Shown: positions 21,519 through 34,337 of the stretch, one piece after another | How the letters are laid out: every line of letters starts with the position of its first letter | Position numbering within the stretch: position 1 is the stretch's first letter | Origin: Lytechinus pictus | Lineage: Eukaryota | Assembly (NCBI RefSeq): GCF_037042905.1 | Contig: NC_087251.1 | Coordinates: 26,228,001-26,292,000 of the forward strand | Direction of reading: 5' to 3' | DNA length: 64,000 nt | The notes under the pieces: generated by a model | The model's input: the letters and a program-made list of their open reading frames with translations, nothing else | What the model was told of the DNA's origin: nothing | Database searches by the model: none | Translations under genes and position numbers: made by a program

Positions 21519-23676
21519 ATCAACAAGTGAGAGGAGTGCAACCGAAATTTTTCAGGCTAGCTGCATTTCCGAAGGTTGTGGATGACTTCGACTGCACCTA
21601 CATACAGATCCATGGTGTTTGCCTTGGGGCAGCCTAACGGTCTATATAAAGCTGTAAAAGTTTTTTCAACATTGACGTACAGTTGACATGTGATGCAGAC
21701 TTTATCATCACTATTGTTGCAGCCGGGGAGTACTCATGATAGCAGGATTTTTACGGTAAGAATTAATGTTGTAACCCGCACCCGTTGCGGTACGGGTTAA
21801 CCTGCCGGTATGCCCCCGATTGCGGGTTGCGGGCCGGGCCGAGTTCATTCTCAAACCCGCAGACCGTCATACGAAAAAAAGGGAGAAGTAACGACGCATA
21901 ATAAAAACATTAACAATGAAAATTGAGTAAGGATCATGTGCTTCTTACGTGGCGGATTCTTTTAGAGACGTAGATATTTCCTTTAAAAAAATGCCGGCGT
22001 ATTTTTGTCTTGTGAACAGTGAACAGGACTGAGACAGTTCGACATAATACATCGAGTTGCTCTTTCAAAGGAGCGCCAGTGCAGCGCAGTCAGAGAAAGG
22101 AATGTTTTACGACTGGGAGAGGGAGAGAGAGAGAGGGGAGGGGATGGGATGTGTTCGGAGAATGTAGACAGAAGCCAGAATACATTTCGTAATCATGTCT
22201 GGCAAGGAGCGAGTGATAGGCCACGTGGTAGAGAAAGGATTGCTTTATGACTTGGAGTGGGGCGAGTCGAGCCCGTTTCCACGGCAACGCTCGCTGTTTG
22301 AGCTCGAGGGATTTGCGGTGCACGGCAGTGAGACAGTTGTTTGCTTATTGGATTACCAACTTAGGTCATGACCTGATAGAGCGTGCCGTCAGGTCAGAGT
22401 GTTAGCTGCCCTTTTTTGTATTTTTTTTAAAGACATGCTAAGCTGGTCTAGTCTAGTGGCTAACTAACCCTCCTTTTCGTTATTTCATACATTTTGTGAT
22501 GATAACTGAAGCCCCCGCACCCTGAATGCCCAGATCTCTTAATTTTTCCGATGTACAATTGATTGAAAGTCTTTAAGATTTCTGAAGATGTAAAATTGGA
22601 TTGCAATGGATTGCAAGTTTCTTGCAAATACCTCTCTCTTGACCGATCGATCGAGAGAGATAAAAAATAGAAAATAAATAAAAGCCTAGCTAAGCACTAG
22701 TAAGTAAGTAACACAAGCTGTTTACGTAAGTTCATGGGCGCCCTCGTGCACGTTTGTATTAGTTTACAAAGAATTGGAAGAAATACAAAAACAGAAGGAA
22801 ATAATATAGAGATATACAAGAAGAAAAAATTGACTGTATCATTATCCTGGTATTTATTTCAATTTGATTAATTTACAGACGAGGTCCCATAGAATTGAAT
22901 ATTGTAATTACGATTGTTGTGAGTCGCCGTGTCGACCGACCTGGACTGAAAAACAACATTGCCGATCTTTGCTGGGCAGCCTGGGCTAGCTAGCACGCGC
23001 TGAGCTGCGGCTCCAATCAGAGGAGTTTATTGCGTAATGCTTTCAATTTCGAGATCAGAGCGGACCCATTTCGTGGTACAAAGTCACCCCAAAAAACATT
23101 TTCTCTCCGGAATAAAAGGCGAATTTGCAAATTGTAAGTAAATTCACTCTAGGCTAGGTTAGTAGTTGGCATATATTTTCCTGATTTGAGCCTGTATAGT
23201 GTGGGGATTGCAGAAATAATATTTTTCATTTTTCAAAGATAAATTGACTTGCGGGTTAAAACCCGACGGGTCAGCGGGTCCCGCTTGCAAATTATTGGAT
23301 TATACGGGACGGTACGGTTCGGGTTTTCACTTGCGGGTTACAACATTAGAGGGAATATTGTTCTAAAAGTATAACAATTCAATAAACTACTAGTAGTAGA
23401 AATGGTAGAGGAGAGGTATCCTCATTCAGTAACATCTGTCATTGATCTCAGATATCCATACAAATGTCCATACACAAATATCTATTTACAAACTTAAAAT
23501 GAAATTCAATAGAAAATTTGTATGCATTATCTTTTACAGAACAACATGGTTGGACTTGGAGTTGAAGCTGGTGTGTTAAATGGAATACTACTTGGAGACT
23601 CAGAGTACGCTCTCCAACAACACCTTGTGACGCCTGTGCCCCTGCCTGCCCCAAGAACTGAGTGGAGATATATCCA
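21519..23676 (+). pseudogene. Decayed intron-containing Harbinger/PIF (HARBI1-like, DDE_Tnp_4) transposase; exons 21519-21755 and 23540-23676
   Basis: Exon 1: FRLAAFPKVV..FDCTYIQI...FNIDVQLTCDADFII../PGSTHDSRIF. Exon 2: EAGVLNGILLGDSEYALQQHLVTPVP..PRTEWRY. Both are AG/GT bounded; stops and a frameshift are present. Confidence 0.88.
21764..23348. mobile_element. hAT(Ac)-like non-autonomous element inserted in the Harbinger transposase intron
   Basis: TIR TAATGTTGTAACCCGCA ... TGCGGGTTACAACATTA; subterminal ACCCG/CGGGT clusters; absent from the inverted paralogous intron copies; no clean TSD. Confidence 0.78.
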
Positions 23677-24149
23677 GTAAGTAACATCCAGTATTAAATT
23701 GAGTTGGCATAGGTAACAGGCATTAGTTGAAATACAAAATCACAAGCATTACAACATCCATGTGATTATCTTAAATATGAATTAAAAAAAAAATCTTCTC
23801 TTTTAAAATAACCACATGTTTTTCGGACACCGGGATTAGATTGGCACCAAATTGACAGGAGATGAAATCATTAAAAAAAATTTGGTCAATACACCTGTAC
23901 CTTAATGTCACTCTCAGTTTTTCTTCACATGTCAGTTTGAAATAAATGAAAAATTTATAGCCACATCATCAAGTACTTAAGATGCCAGTTTGAAGATTTG
24001 ACAGTCATTAAAAGGCTTTCTTGGCCTATGTTTTACTGGCTTCAAGTAAAAATAGGCCCTTTTTTCTCATGAAAGTGTCTGTTTTTATTACACAAAGCGC
24101 CCTTTACATTCTCAGTGAAGCACAATGTTACAGACTTATTGTACAAAGA

Positions 24150-24950
24150 GTCTATTTTTTAATGGAACCATATACACTATCATGAGTTGCATCCAGTACT
24201 ATTCTTGCTTGTATCATTTCCAGTTTTATCAACATTGAATCCGTGGTTATCTACATAGCATTGTTTGTTACAATGTCTCTTACGCTTCCACTTCCGACTT
24301 CTAGTACATTGCATAGATGTGCTACATGGGAGAGTGTGTGTTTGTTCAACAGAATGTTCTCCATGTAACTCTGCATAAAGAATAACCCTTTCATTGAGAG
24401 GCTGGCTGTCAATGTTTAAATTACATATATTAGGCCTACGCTTGGCTACTGTCCTAACTACAAGGTTGCACCACTTCTTTCCTGTTGCCCACAGCTGAAC
24501 TATACTTGTGCAAAATAGGGATATTGTCTGTTGAAAAGAGTTATTAAATTTCTTGTAACAAAAAGATGCCCTTTTGCTTGATGAGTGAATGATGGGTTAG
24601 GATTCTTGACTTCTAAAAGTCCTACACCACAGTGCTTGCAAGAGATAATAGCTTCAGGGGTAGCACCTGTGTGCTTATCCACAGTCCTGTCTCATATGTT
24701 AGATTTGAGTTTTTGCATTTCAGTTGATGTAAAGTAGAATATTGCTTGACTGTTGTTTTTTTTCTTGACTCTTTCCCCGAATCAAGTGCTGACGAAGATG
24801 GCAAACCAAAGTACATGTAGCTTTAATATTACTCTTGTGATTTGCCAGTGACTATGGATGGATAGTCCCATTCCTGACAGATGCTACACAATATCTAGCG
24901 ACACTGGAGACGCGTGTATGTCTTATGTGGTGCCTTTTATTCAAAATTAA
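24150..24950 (-). pseudogene. YqaJ/lambda-exonuclease-family gene relic, copy A
   Basis: ETGLWIS/GATPEAIISCKHCGVGLLEVKNP...YPYFAQVx.QLWATGKKWCNLVV; frameshifted. Confidence 0.8.
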
Positions 24951-25687
24951 AGGTCTATTCATTCAAGTTTTGCAGCCACGAAGGATGAATTGCCATTGAA
25001 TTCACAATAAGAACATATCAATTGCACATGCATAAGGATGATTTCAATAACAATTCTTATTCAATTATACAATAACTCAAATTTACAATAACAATTCTAC
25101 TTTACAACACTAATTTCAATTAATAATAATAGTTACAATTTGCAATAACAATTAGTAGACAATTCAAATAATTGTAAATCATAAAGTTGAGTGTGTAATA
25201 GGAACCGGATATTAGAAGTAATGGGGCTGAGTTGGCCTGTTGGATGCTCAGCTCCACTCTTCCCTGATCCATCAGAGCTTCCTGCACAGTCAAAAGAAAG
25301 ACACAGTAATTCCACATTCTCATTTCTCTCACTATCACTAGTCTCGGAAATTGCATATACATGTAGCTCACTGAGAATGAGATCCCATATTACCATCGCC
25401 AGCAATCTGTGGTTTTCCATTGGTAAACGATGCAAGCCAGTCTACATGTAGGTCAAAATAATTGATTTGTTTCTTGCTGCGAAGTCTCAGATTCAAATTT
25501 GTGAATTCGTGGTGAACCTCATCCGGCTTGACACTGACAACTATGGACAAGCACCATTTTTGTGGATATCTGAGATCAATGGTTATTAATAATTGAAGGA
25601 TAATGAGGATACCTCTCCTCTCCATTTCTACTACTAGTGGTTGAATTATGTTATACTTTCAGAATAATAGTCCTATGCAATTCTTAC

Positions 25688-25923
25688 GTAAAAGTCCTGC
25701 TATCATGAGTACTTCCCGGCCAGCGAGCCGCAACACTAGTGATGATGAAATCCGCATCACATGTCAACTGAACGTTGATACTAAAAAATCCCTTCCGGTT
25801 GATATAAGATCGTCGGACTTCCTAAAGGCAAGCACCATGGATCTGTATGTGGGTGCCGTCCAACAACCTTCGGAAACCCAGCCAGCCTGAAATATTTTAG
25901 TTGCTCTTCTTTCACTTGTTGAT
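25688..25923 (-). pseudogene. Inverted copy of the Harbinger transposase exon
   Basis: FRLAGFPKVV/DGTHIQI...YINRKGFFSINVQLTCDADFIITSVAARWPGSTHDS. Confidence 0.9.
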
Positions 25924-26229
25924 CTGAGCAAGGAAACATAATTGATAACCGTTTCAAATAGATAAAATTTAGTTATTGATATACAGTTGTGGTATCTACA
26001 TTGTATGACTCTCCTAACTTCAGATCAGTACTAGTTTTACTTGCATAATTCTGCTTGGCATTTTCATAATTAAAATTGTCATAAACACATCTCAAAAGTA
26101 CAAATAAAAACACTTCACAATTTTCTAATGAAAGTGTCCCTTTTTATTACACAAGTGCCTTTACATTCTCAGAGAAGCACAATGTGACAGACATACATTA
26201 TTTTTACAAAGAGTCTATTTTTTAGTGTA

Positions 26230-27050
26230 TTCATCTACAGTATCATGAGTTGCATCCAATACTATACTTGCTTGTATCATTTGGCATGGCCTCCTGTTCT
26301 TCATTAAAAATGCCACATGGGTAAAACTAAAAGGCTACCATGTTGTCGTAATCTGGGGTCTCTCCAGTTTCATCAACATTGAGTCCATGGTTTTCTGCAC
26401 AGCAATATGACAATATCATTTTACTTGTCTGCTTTTGACTTCTGGCACAATGTCTCTGTGCTGTGGAAGAATGTGTGTATGTTTGGCAGAATGTTCTCCA
26501 TGTAAATCTGCAAAAAGAATAATCCTTTCATTGAGAATTTGGCTGTCCTGACTACAAAGTCGCACTTCTTTCCTGTTGCCCACAGCTGAAACTGTACTTG
26601 TGAAAAGATTGTCTGTTGAGAAGATTAATTCAATTTGGTAACGGACTGATGCCCTTCTGTGGAATGAGTTGTAGCTCTCTGATGGGTGAATGGATTCTTG
26701 ACTTCGAAAAGTCCTACATCACAGTGCTTGCAAGAGATAATAGCTTCAGGGGTAGCTGCATCGACCGTAGGGAAACTGTTCTTTAATGCACAGTCCCATC
26801 TCCTCACATGTTACATTTGAGTTTTTGCATTTCAGTTGATGTAAAGCAGAATATTGCTTGACTGTTTTTTTTTTTCTTGACTCTTTCCCCAAATCAAGTC
26901 CTGACAAAGATGGCAAACCAAAGTAGCCCATTAATCCTTTGATAAGTTTGATTTGTGAATGACTATGGACGGATAGTACCATTCCTGATAGACGTTACAC
27001 AATCTAGTGACACTGGTGATAAATATGGTGCCTTTTATTCAAGATTCGAG
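26230..27050 (-). pseudogene. YqaJ-family gene relic, copy B
   Basis: AATPEAIISCKHCDVGLFEVKNPF; paralogous to copies A and C. Confidence 0.8.
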
Positions 27051-27797
27051 GTATATTTTATTCAACTTTTGCAGCCACGAAGGCTGAATTGCCATTGAAT
27101 TCACAATAAGAACATATGAATTGCACATGTAAATTGCACAAGTATAAGGATAATTTCAATAACGATGACAATACTTATTCATTTATACAATAACTCAAAT
27201 TTACGCTAACAATTCTACTTTAAAACACTAATTTCAATTAATAATAATAGTTACAACTCGCAATAACAATTTTAATAACAGTAAGTTGACAATTCAAATA
27301 ATTATAATTCATAACGTTGAGTGTGTATCAGGAACTGGATATTAGAAGTAATTGGGCTGAGTTGGCCTGTTGCTCAACTCCACTCTTTTAACTCTTCTCT
27401 GGTCCTTCAGTGCTTCCTGCACAGTCAAAAGAAAGTCACATTACTTAGACAACATTCTCATTTTTCTCAATGTCACCAATCTCGGAAATTGCCTGTAGCT
27501 CACTGAGATCCCATTTACTATTTGCCAGCAATCTTTATTTTCCATTGGTAAACGATGCAAGCCAGTCTAGGTCAAAGTAATTGATAAGTTTCTTGCTGCG
27601 AAGTCTAAGATTCAAATTTGTGAATTCGTGGTGAACCACATCAGGCTTGACACTGACAACTATGGACATTTTTGTGGATATTTGAGATCAATGGTTATCA
27701 ATAATTGAATTAGGATACCTCTCCTGTACCACTTCTACTACTAGTAGTTAAATTGTGTTATACTTTCAGAATAATAGTCCTTCTATGCAATTCTTAC

Positions 27798-27990
27798 GTA
27801 AAAGTCCTGCTATCATGAGTACTTCCCGGCCATGCGAGCCGCAACACTAGTGATGATGAAATCTGCGTCACATGTCAACTGAACATTTATACTTAAAAAT
27901 CCCTTGGTATAAGATCGTTGTGCTTCCCCAAGGCAAACACCATGGATCTGTATGAAGGTGCCATCCACGCCTATTCTCTAATTTGTTGAT
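27798..27990 (-). pseudogene. Second inverted copy of the Harbinger transposase exon
   Basis: Paralogous to 25688-25923 (VQLTCDADFIITSVAAR../PGSTHDS) with deletions. Confidence 0.85.
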
Positions 27991-28289
27991 CTGAGCAAGG
28001 AAACATGGCAAACTGTTTCGAATAGATAAAATTTAGTTTAATATTGACATACAGTTGTGGTATCTATGACTCTCCTAACTACAGTTTAGTACTAGTTTTA
28101 ATTGCATTATTCTGCTTGGCATTTTCATATTATTCAAAATTGTCATAAACACATCTCAGAATTATATATAAAAAAAACTTCACAACTTTCTAATGAAAAA
28201 GTCCCTTTTTATTACATGAAGTGCCCTTTACATTCTCAGAGAAGCAAAATTTAGAAGCAAAATATTTTACAAAGTGTCTATATTTTTTT

Positions 28290-29830
28290 AATGGCACCAT
28301 ATACGGTGTCCTGAGTTGCATCCAATGCAATTCTTGCTTGTATCATCTGGCCTCCTATTCTCCATTACAAATGCCACACAGGCAAAAGGCTACCTTGTCA
28401 TCTTAATCTGGAGCCTCTCTCTAGTTTCATCAACATTGAGTCCATGGTTTTCTGCACAGTATTGTTTATAATACTTGTCCACTTCTGGCACAGTGTCTCT
28501 GTGCTGTGGAAGAATGTGTGTATGTTTGGCAGAATGTTCTCCATGTAAATCTGCAAAGAGAATAATCCTTTCATTGAGAATGTGGCTTTCAATGTTTGAA
28601 TTATTATGCTTGGGTACTGATCTGACTACAAAGTCACACCACTTCTTTCCTGTTGCCCACAGCTGAAACTCCACCTTCTTGTATAAAGAGACAGATGCCC
28701 TCCTGCGCAATGAGTTGTAGATCTCTGATTCTTGATTTCTAAAAGTCCTACATCACATTGCTTGCAAGAGATAATAGCTTCAGGGAAAGCTGTTTTTCTC
28801 CACCGTCCTGTCTCCTCACATGTTTCAGATTTGAGCTTTTGCATTTCAGTTGATGGAAAGCAGATTATTGCTTGACTGCTATGTTTTCTTGACTCTTTCC
28901 CCAAATCAAGTGGTGACGAACATGGCGAACCGAAGTAGCCCAATACTCTTGCGATTTGCGATTGTCTATGGATGGGTAGTTCCATTCCTGACAGAATCTA
29001 CACAATCTCTAGCGACACTGGAGATACGTCTTACATTGTGCCTTTTTATTTAAGATTGAAGATGTATTTTATTCAAGTTTTGCAGCCACGAAGGCTGAAT
29101 TGCCATTGAATTCTCAATATAAACATGTAAATTGCACATGCATGAGGATAATTTCAATAACAAAAACAATGCTTATTCCATGTTACAAATTTAATTCAAA
29201 TTTACAATTATTAATTTAAATTTACAATAATAATTCCAACTGACAATACTAATTTCAATTAATAATAGTTACAATTCACAATAACAATTCTATTAACAGT
29301 AATAATTTAAGTAGACAACAGAAATAATCCTAGTGTGTATCAGGAATGGGATATTATTAGGGCTATGTTGGCCTGTTGGATGCTCAACTCCACTCTTTTT
29401 AACTCTTCCCTGAAGTCAATTCAATTTCAAATTCAATTCAATTTCAATTCAATTTCAAAATTCAATTTCAATTCAATTCAATTTCAATTCAATTCAAAGT
29501 CACAGTACTGAGACAACATTCTCATTTCTCTCAATGTCACCAGTCACGGAAATTGCCTGTAGCTCACTGAGATCCCATATACTATCAGCCTGCAATCCAT
29601 CTATGTAAGACTGAAATTTGAATGATGTTGTTTATTGCTTGTGAGTTTGTGGTGAACCACATCAGGCTTGACACCGACAACTTTTATCTCTTCAGCAAAC
29701 TGCCTCTTTTTAGCTGGGAGGCCTTGTGCTCTTGGTTGCAAAGTTTATAAGGTTTTGCCACCTTACTCCACAGCCTCTACCAAAGCAAGTAATACTGAAG
29801 TAATGTGTTTGCAAGTGGCGTTCACACTGA
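28290..29830 (-). pseudogene. SWIM zinc finger + YqaJ-family exonuclease gene relic, copy C (longest)
   Basis: ~29828-29700 reads VNATCKHITSVLLALVE (SWIM CxH); 28985-28390 reads AFPEAIISCKQCDVGLLEIKN...VEFQLWATGKKWCDFVV...ERI. Confidence 0.78.
29418..29497. repeat. (AATTC/AATTTC)n simple repeat
   Basis: Directly visible. Confidence 0.9.
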
Positions 29831-31178
29831 AAGATGAAAAGCAATATAAATTCTAATAGAGAACACATGACATTGGAGATAGTAGAAGTAAACTAAAGTA
29901 AAATCAAATGAAACATTAAAAACAAAAACTTTGAACAAACAAATATATTCTACCACACCAAACATTGAGTTTGTTTGTCTCAGTATACCTGGTTGCAAGT
30001 TTTTTTTTTTTTTTTAATCTACACACAGAAACAAACACATGCATTTGCAAACTACCAAAAAAAATTCTTGTTTTGTTGAGTTTGTTCTCTTTGTCGAGGA
30101 TAGTCGTTCTAAATTGTTGAGATCACAACAATGAGAAAACATGACAGTGAGTGCAGCAGTAAAACCAAATTTGAAGTAAACTAGAGTTAAATTCTTGCTG
30201 AACCTACTGCATTGGTAAGCTGTGAGCTCCACTATCACTTTTCAGCTGAGTTAGTCGGGAATCTCTTCTCTTTAAAAGTCATCATGCTCTGTAGGGTTTT
30301 GCTTCATGTAAAAAATGCCGGTAAATCACCTTCCTGCTGGTTGATAGGACTGCCAAGATAGGCCTACTACCAACCTTGTGAAAATACAATATGACCATGC
30401 CAAATGTTTTGACAAATTGGTTCTTTTTTTGCTGCTTTGTTGTTGGGTGAGAATCCCCTTGCCTGTGTATATTGATGGCTTGACACCATCATCATTCAAG
30501 TCCAGGGTGTGTTCTCCTAGGCTGTCCTTCACACTGTAGCCCTCACCTACGTGTACATGCCATTGGTCAGCTCAATTAATCTTTAATTCTTGCTCTCAAC
30601 TTGCAGGTATGTGTCATGCAATTCCATGTAGAGATACAGGAATGCAATGTACAGTGTGTACATGTATTTAGAGCCATCAACAATACTGGATCCTGCTTGT
30701 CACCTCGGCTGTGAGGAATTCAATCATCAGGTTTCGACACTGGATTGATGAGAAGCAGATTTCATTGGATCAGACTGGTAAGAAGACATGTGCTATTGTC
30801 TTTCAGGGTTGGACTAAATTACAAATTCACAATTTTCTGGTCTTTTCTTGCCTGAAAAATGAAACATTTTTGTCTTGCCAGCTTAGCAGTGCAAGATTAC
30901 ATGCCCTGTTTTCCGACAGCGGCGGCGTTGTCAGCATTGAAATATACCTCTCATGATGATATACATTTCATACAAGCATGTGAAGTTGTGCTTATTTTGA
31001 AAGAGGCTTGGCAATTTTATTAATCAGCATAGCTTTTGTAAGATTTTGCATGTATGACAATTTTTTTTTCTTTTCCATGGTCATGTGAACAGGTGCAGGA
31101 GTTCAACAAGCTGGAGGGGAATATACAGCTGCATCTATTCCTGGTGAAGACCAAGAAGTTCCTTCATCAGATGATCAG

Positions 31179-31341
31179 GTGGCCCGTTTCATGAAGACTA
31201 ACAACTATATTTTTTAATTTTGTCATTATTGTAACTACCATGGAAACCTTTATTATGATTGGCTGCTATAAGCCCCATTACCATGGTAGTTGCCATCATG
31301 ACAAAGTTACAAAAGTTGCAACTCTTCATGAAATGGGCCAC
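31179..31341. mobile_element. Harbinger-type MITE interrupting the WASHC5 exon
   Basis: GTGGCCCGTTTCATGAAGA ... TCTTCATGAAATGGGCCAC; inserted between the QMIR and TINI codons. Confidence 0.8.
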
Positions 31342-32225
31342 TGGACTATCAACATCGGAGAGGAAGGTTACAAAGCCATCTGGACGGTTGCTGATGTGTC
31401 CTCTGCCTGGGAGATCGTTGACAAGTAAGTACCATTAACTGTAGCCTTCTCTTGCACTTTGAAAATGATATGGACAGGTCTTCCTTTACACTTTGTAATT
31501 GTGGTGTGGGTATTTTGTATCAAGCTTGTAATAGGTGCAGACTTCAACTTGCAGAATGTTGATACCTGATAGGTCATTGATAAGTAGGTACCATCAGCTC
31601 TTGCTGTATCCTACACCTTTTAATGTTTGCATGCATAAAAAACAACTCCAACCCAACTTTGGTGGGAATTGGTCCATGGGGGCCCAGGATGTGGCACATA
31701 AATACCTACATATTTAGCCCCATGACATCAGTATAAATTGCCCTTGATCTATTACTCTTGTTATTTTTTTGGGGTACTTTTTACATTTTGATGCTATGAT
31801 TTTAGGGGTTTGGTTTTCAGAGAAGAAACAAGTATCACAAATTAAAGCTTGGCAAATCTTTAGGCCCGAATTCACAGGTGGTTTTGAAAATCCACGGTTG
31901 AATCCATGGTTTATGCAGATTTCATGTATAAATTACGCTTAATTTAGCACGTATCGGGCGCGTGTATCAAAAATGTCCAATGCTGATGCACGCTTTTGTC
32001 ACATTGCGCCAAATTGATGCCTGTTACCATGGTTAGATACGCTATTTTATTCATGAGTCCACTGTTTGAAGAGTGGACTCATGAATAAAAACAATGGACT
32101 CATGAAAAAATAGCATGAATAACAACGGCAACAGGCGTCCATATGGCGCACTGACAAAAGCGCGCATCAGCAATGGAATTTTTTATACACGCACCCTATG
32201 CGCGCTAAATTAAGTGTAAGTTATA

Positions 32226-34337
32226 CAGTGCGTATTAAAAAAAACGGGACAGATTTGAAAAGTCTATAATTTTTTTGTTTCAAATTATGATGTCTATATT
32301 TTGGTGTTGATAGGTGCTCTAAAGTCTTATCTTTCAAATGCCATTAGTTTCGTTCATGCTTGAGTGAACACAGAATGTTTTTGTCTGGGGTTAAAAAGGA
32401 GGCTTGCGCCAAAATGGCATAAACTGATAAATATGATGATCGGACCTCTTGCTTATCAGCAGACTGCCTTTTAACCTTTTCATTATCTTTGTCATAATTT
32501 TAGAATTATACGGTCAAAATTCATTTTCAAATCTGTTTATTTGCTTGAATTGTTCTGTTGTTTCTTTTTAATATGCTCTCTTTTAGCTTTCAATATTCCT
32601 TCTTTAAGAAAAAACAATTTATTTTCAACCGAAGTATGGGAGAGCGTGTATTTTTTTCTTCAAATCCTTTCATTGTGTGCTACAAAGGTTATGGTGCCTT
32701 TGAACAGTGGCATACAGATGGGCAGGGGCTCAGAGTGTCCCCCCCCCCCCCCCCCCGAAAATAAAAGTGGAAAGGATATAAAAGGAAAGATAGGAAGTGA
32801 AATATGTTTTTTTTCTGAATATTATGTCAAAATCTATCACAAAATTGGGTATTTTAATAAAAAAGTGGAAAATTTTGCTTGCTCTCTTCGCTCGCTCACA
32901 ACTTTTAAAATACATTTTATCCGATCTGCCATATCGAGCTCCTTCAAAATTGACTCAATACACCATTGCCATTGAAAGACATGAATCCTTTCATGTTTGT
33001 CCTGTCAAGCACTCAATTAAATTTGGTCAAAGAATCAATAACCCCTTGAAAATAGGATTCATTTTTTTAAAGGTACCATAACATAATTTGTTTCACATAA
33101 TAAAATCCGATTTGAATAAATACAAGTTCTCCCAATTGATAATGCAAATCTTCTTGCTTGGGTTGACAAAAAGTCTTCTTTTCTTACTTATGAAGGAAAA
33201 TTCAAAGGTTAAAGAAGTTTTAATGAAAAAAAAAAAGAAGATAATTCAAGTAAATAAATAAATCTGTAAATGAAATTTGACAGCATAATTCAAAAATCAA
33301 ATCAAAGATAATGAAAATGTTAAGAGGAAGTCTGCTGATTAATAAGAAGTCTGATCATCAAATTTCTCATTTCTGCTTGCCATTCTGGCGCAAGCCTCTT
33401 TTTGAACCTCAGACTAAAACATCCCATGTTCGCTCAAGCATTAACAAAATTTATTTATTTAAATGGCATTTCAAAGATAAGATTTGAAAGCATCTCTTAA
33501 CATCAAAATATAGATATCATAATTTGAAACAATTTTTTTATAGACATTTGAAAACTGTCCCGTTTTTGTCTCACCTGCATAGTAGAGTGAGACTATAGGC
33601 GCCGCTTTTCCGACGGCGGCGGCGTCAACACCCAATCTTAACCGAAGGTTAAGTTTTTGAAATGACAGCATAACTTAGAAAGTATATGGACCTAGTTCAT
33701 GAAACTTGGCCATAAGGTTAATCAAGTATTACTGAACACCCTGCCTGAGTTTCACATCACATGACCAAGGTCAAAGGTCATCTAGGGTCAATGAACTTAG
33801 ACCATGTTGGGGGAATCAACATCAAAATCTTAACCTAAGGTTAAGTTTTTGAAATGTCATCATAACTTAAAAAATATATGGACCTAGTTCATGAAACTTA
33901 GACATAAGGTTAATCAAACATCACTAAACATCCTGCATGAGTTCCACGTCACATGACCAAGGTCAAAGGTCATTTAGGGTCAATGAACTTTGGCCGAATT
34001 GGGGGTATCTGTTGAATTACCATCATAACTTTGAAAGTTTATGGATATGACTCATGAAACTTGGACATAAGAGTAATCAAGTATCACTGAACATCCTGTG
34101 CGAGTTTTAGGTCACATGTTCAAGGTCAAAGGTCATGTAAGGTCAATGAACTTTTTGCCATGTTGGGGGTATCTGTTAAATTACCATCATATCTCTGTAA
34201 GTGTATTGGTCTAGTTCATAAATCGTGGACATAAGAGTAACCAATTATCACTGAACATCTTGTGCGAGTTATAGTAGTTTTCAAAGTGATGCAGGTGAGA
34301 CCGCCAGAGGCATTTTACTTGTTTTTTATATGCACTG
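32226..34337. mobile_element. Tc1/mariner-type non-autonomous element, TA TSD
   Basis: ta|CAGTGCGTATTAAAAAAAACGGGACAG ... CTGTCCCGTTTTT[insert]TTTTATATGCACTG|ta. Confidence 0.82.
33565..34322 (+). mobile_element. Helentron-associated (HINE/DINE-like) element with internal tandem repeats
   Basis: Inserted in a T-run; subterminal IR gtctcacctgcat/atgcaggtgagac; 3' hairpin gccagaggc; ~160-190-bp units containing aaggtcaaaggtca. Confidence 0.78.

Larger units (their letters stand above)
24070..29690 (-). repeat. Three imperfect tandem ~2.06-kb units (YqaJ gene fragment + inverted Harbinger transposase exon)
   Basis: Shared anchors: atgaaa..gtcc/gtgtc at ~24069/26128/28192, and gaattgccattgaattc at ~24987/27086/29097. 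Confidence 0.9.

Noticed and set aside
26230..26420. PHD finger after the YqaJ domain
   Set aside because: The position fits, but the Cys/His pattern is too decayed to call
30607..30777. AG/GT-bounded segment as another WASHC5 exon
   Set aside because: No frame resembles strumpellin that I can recognise
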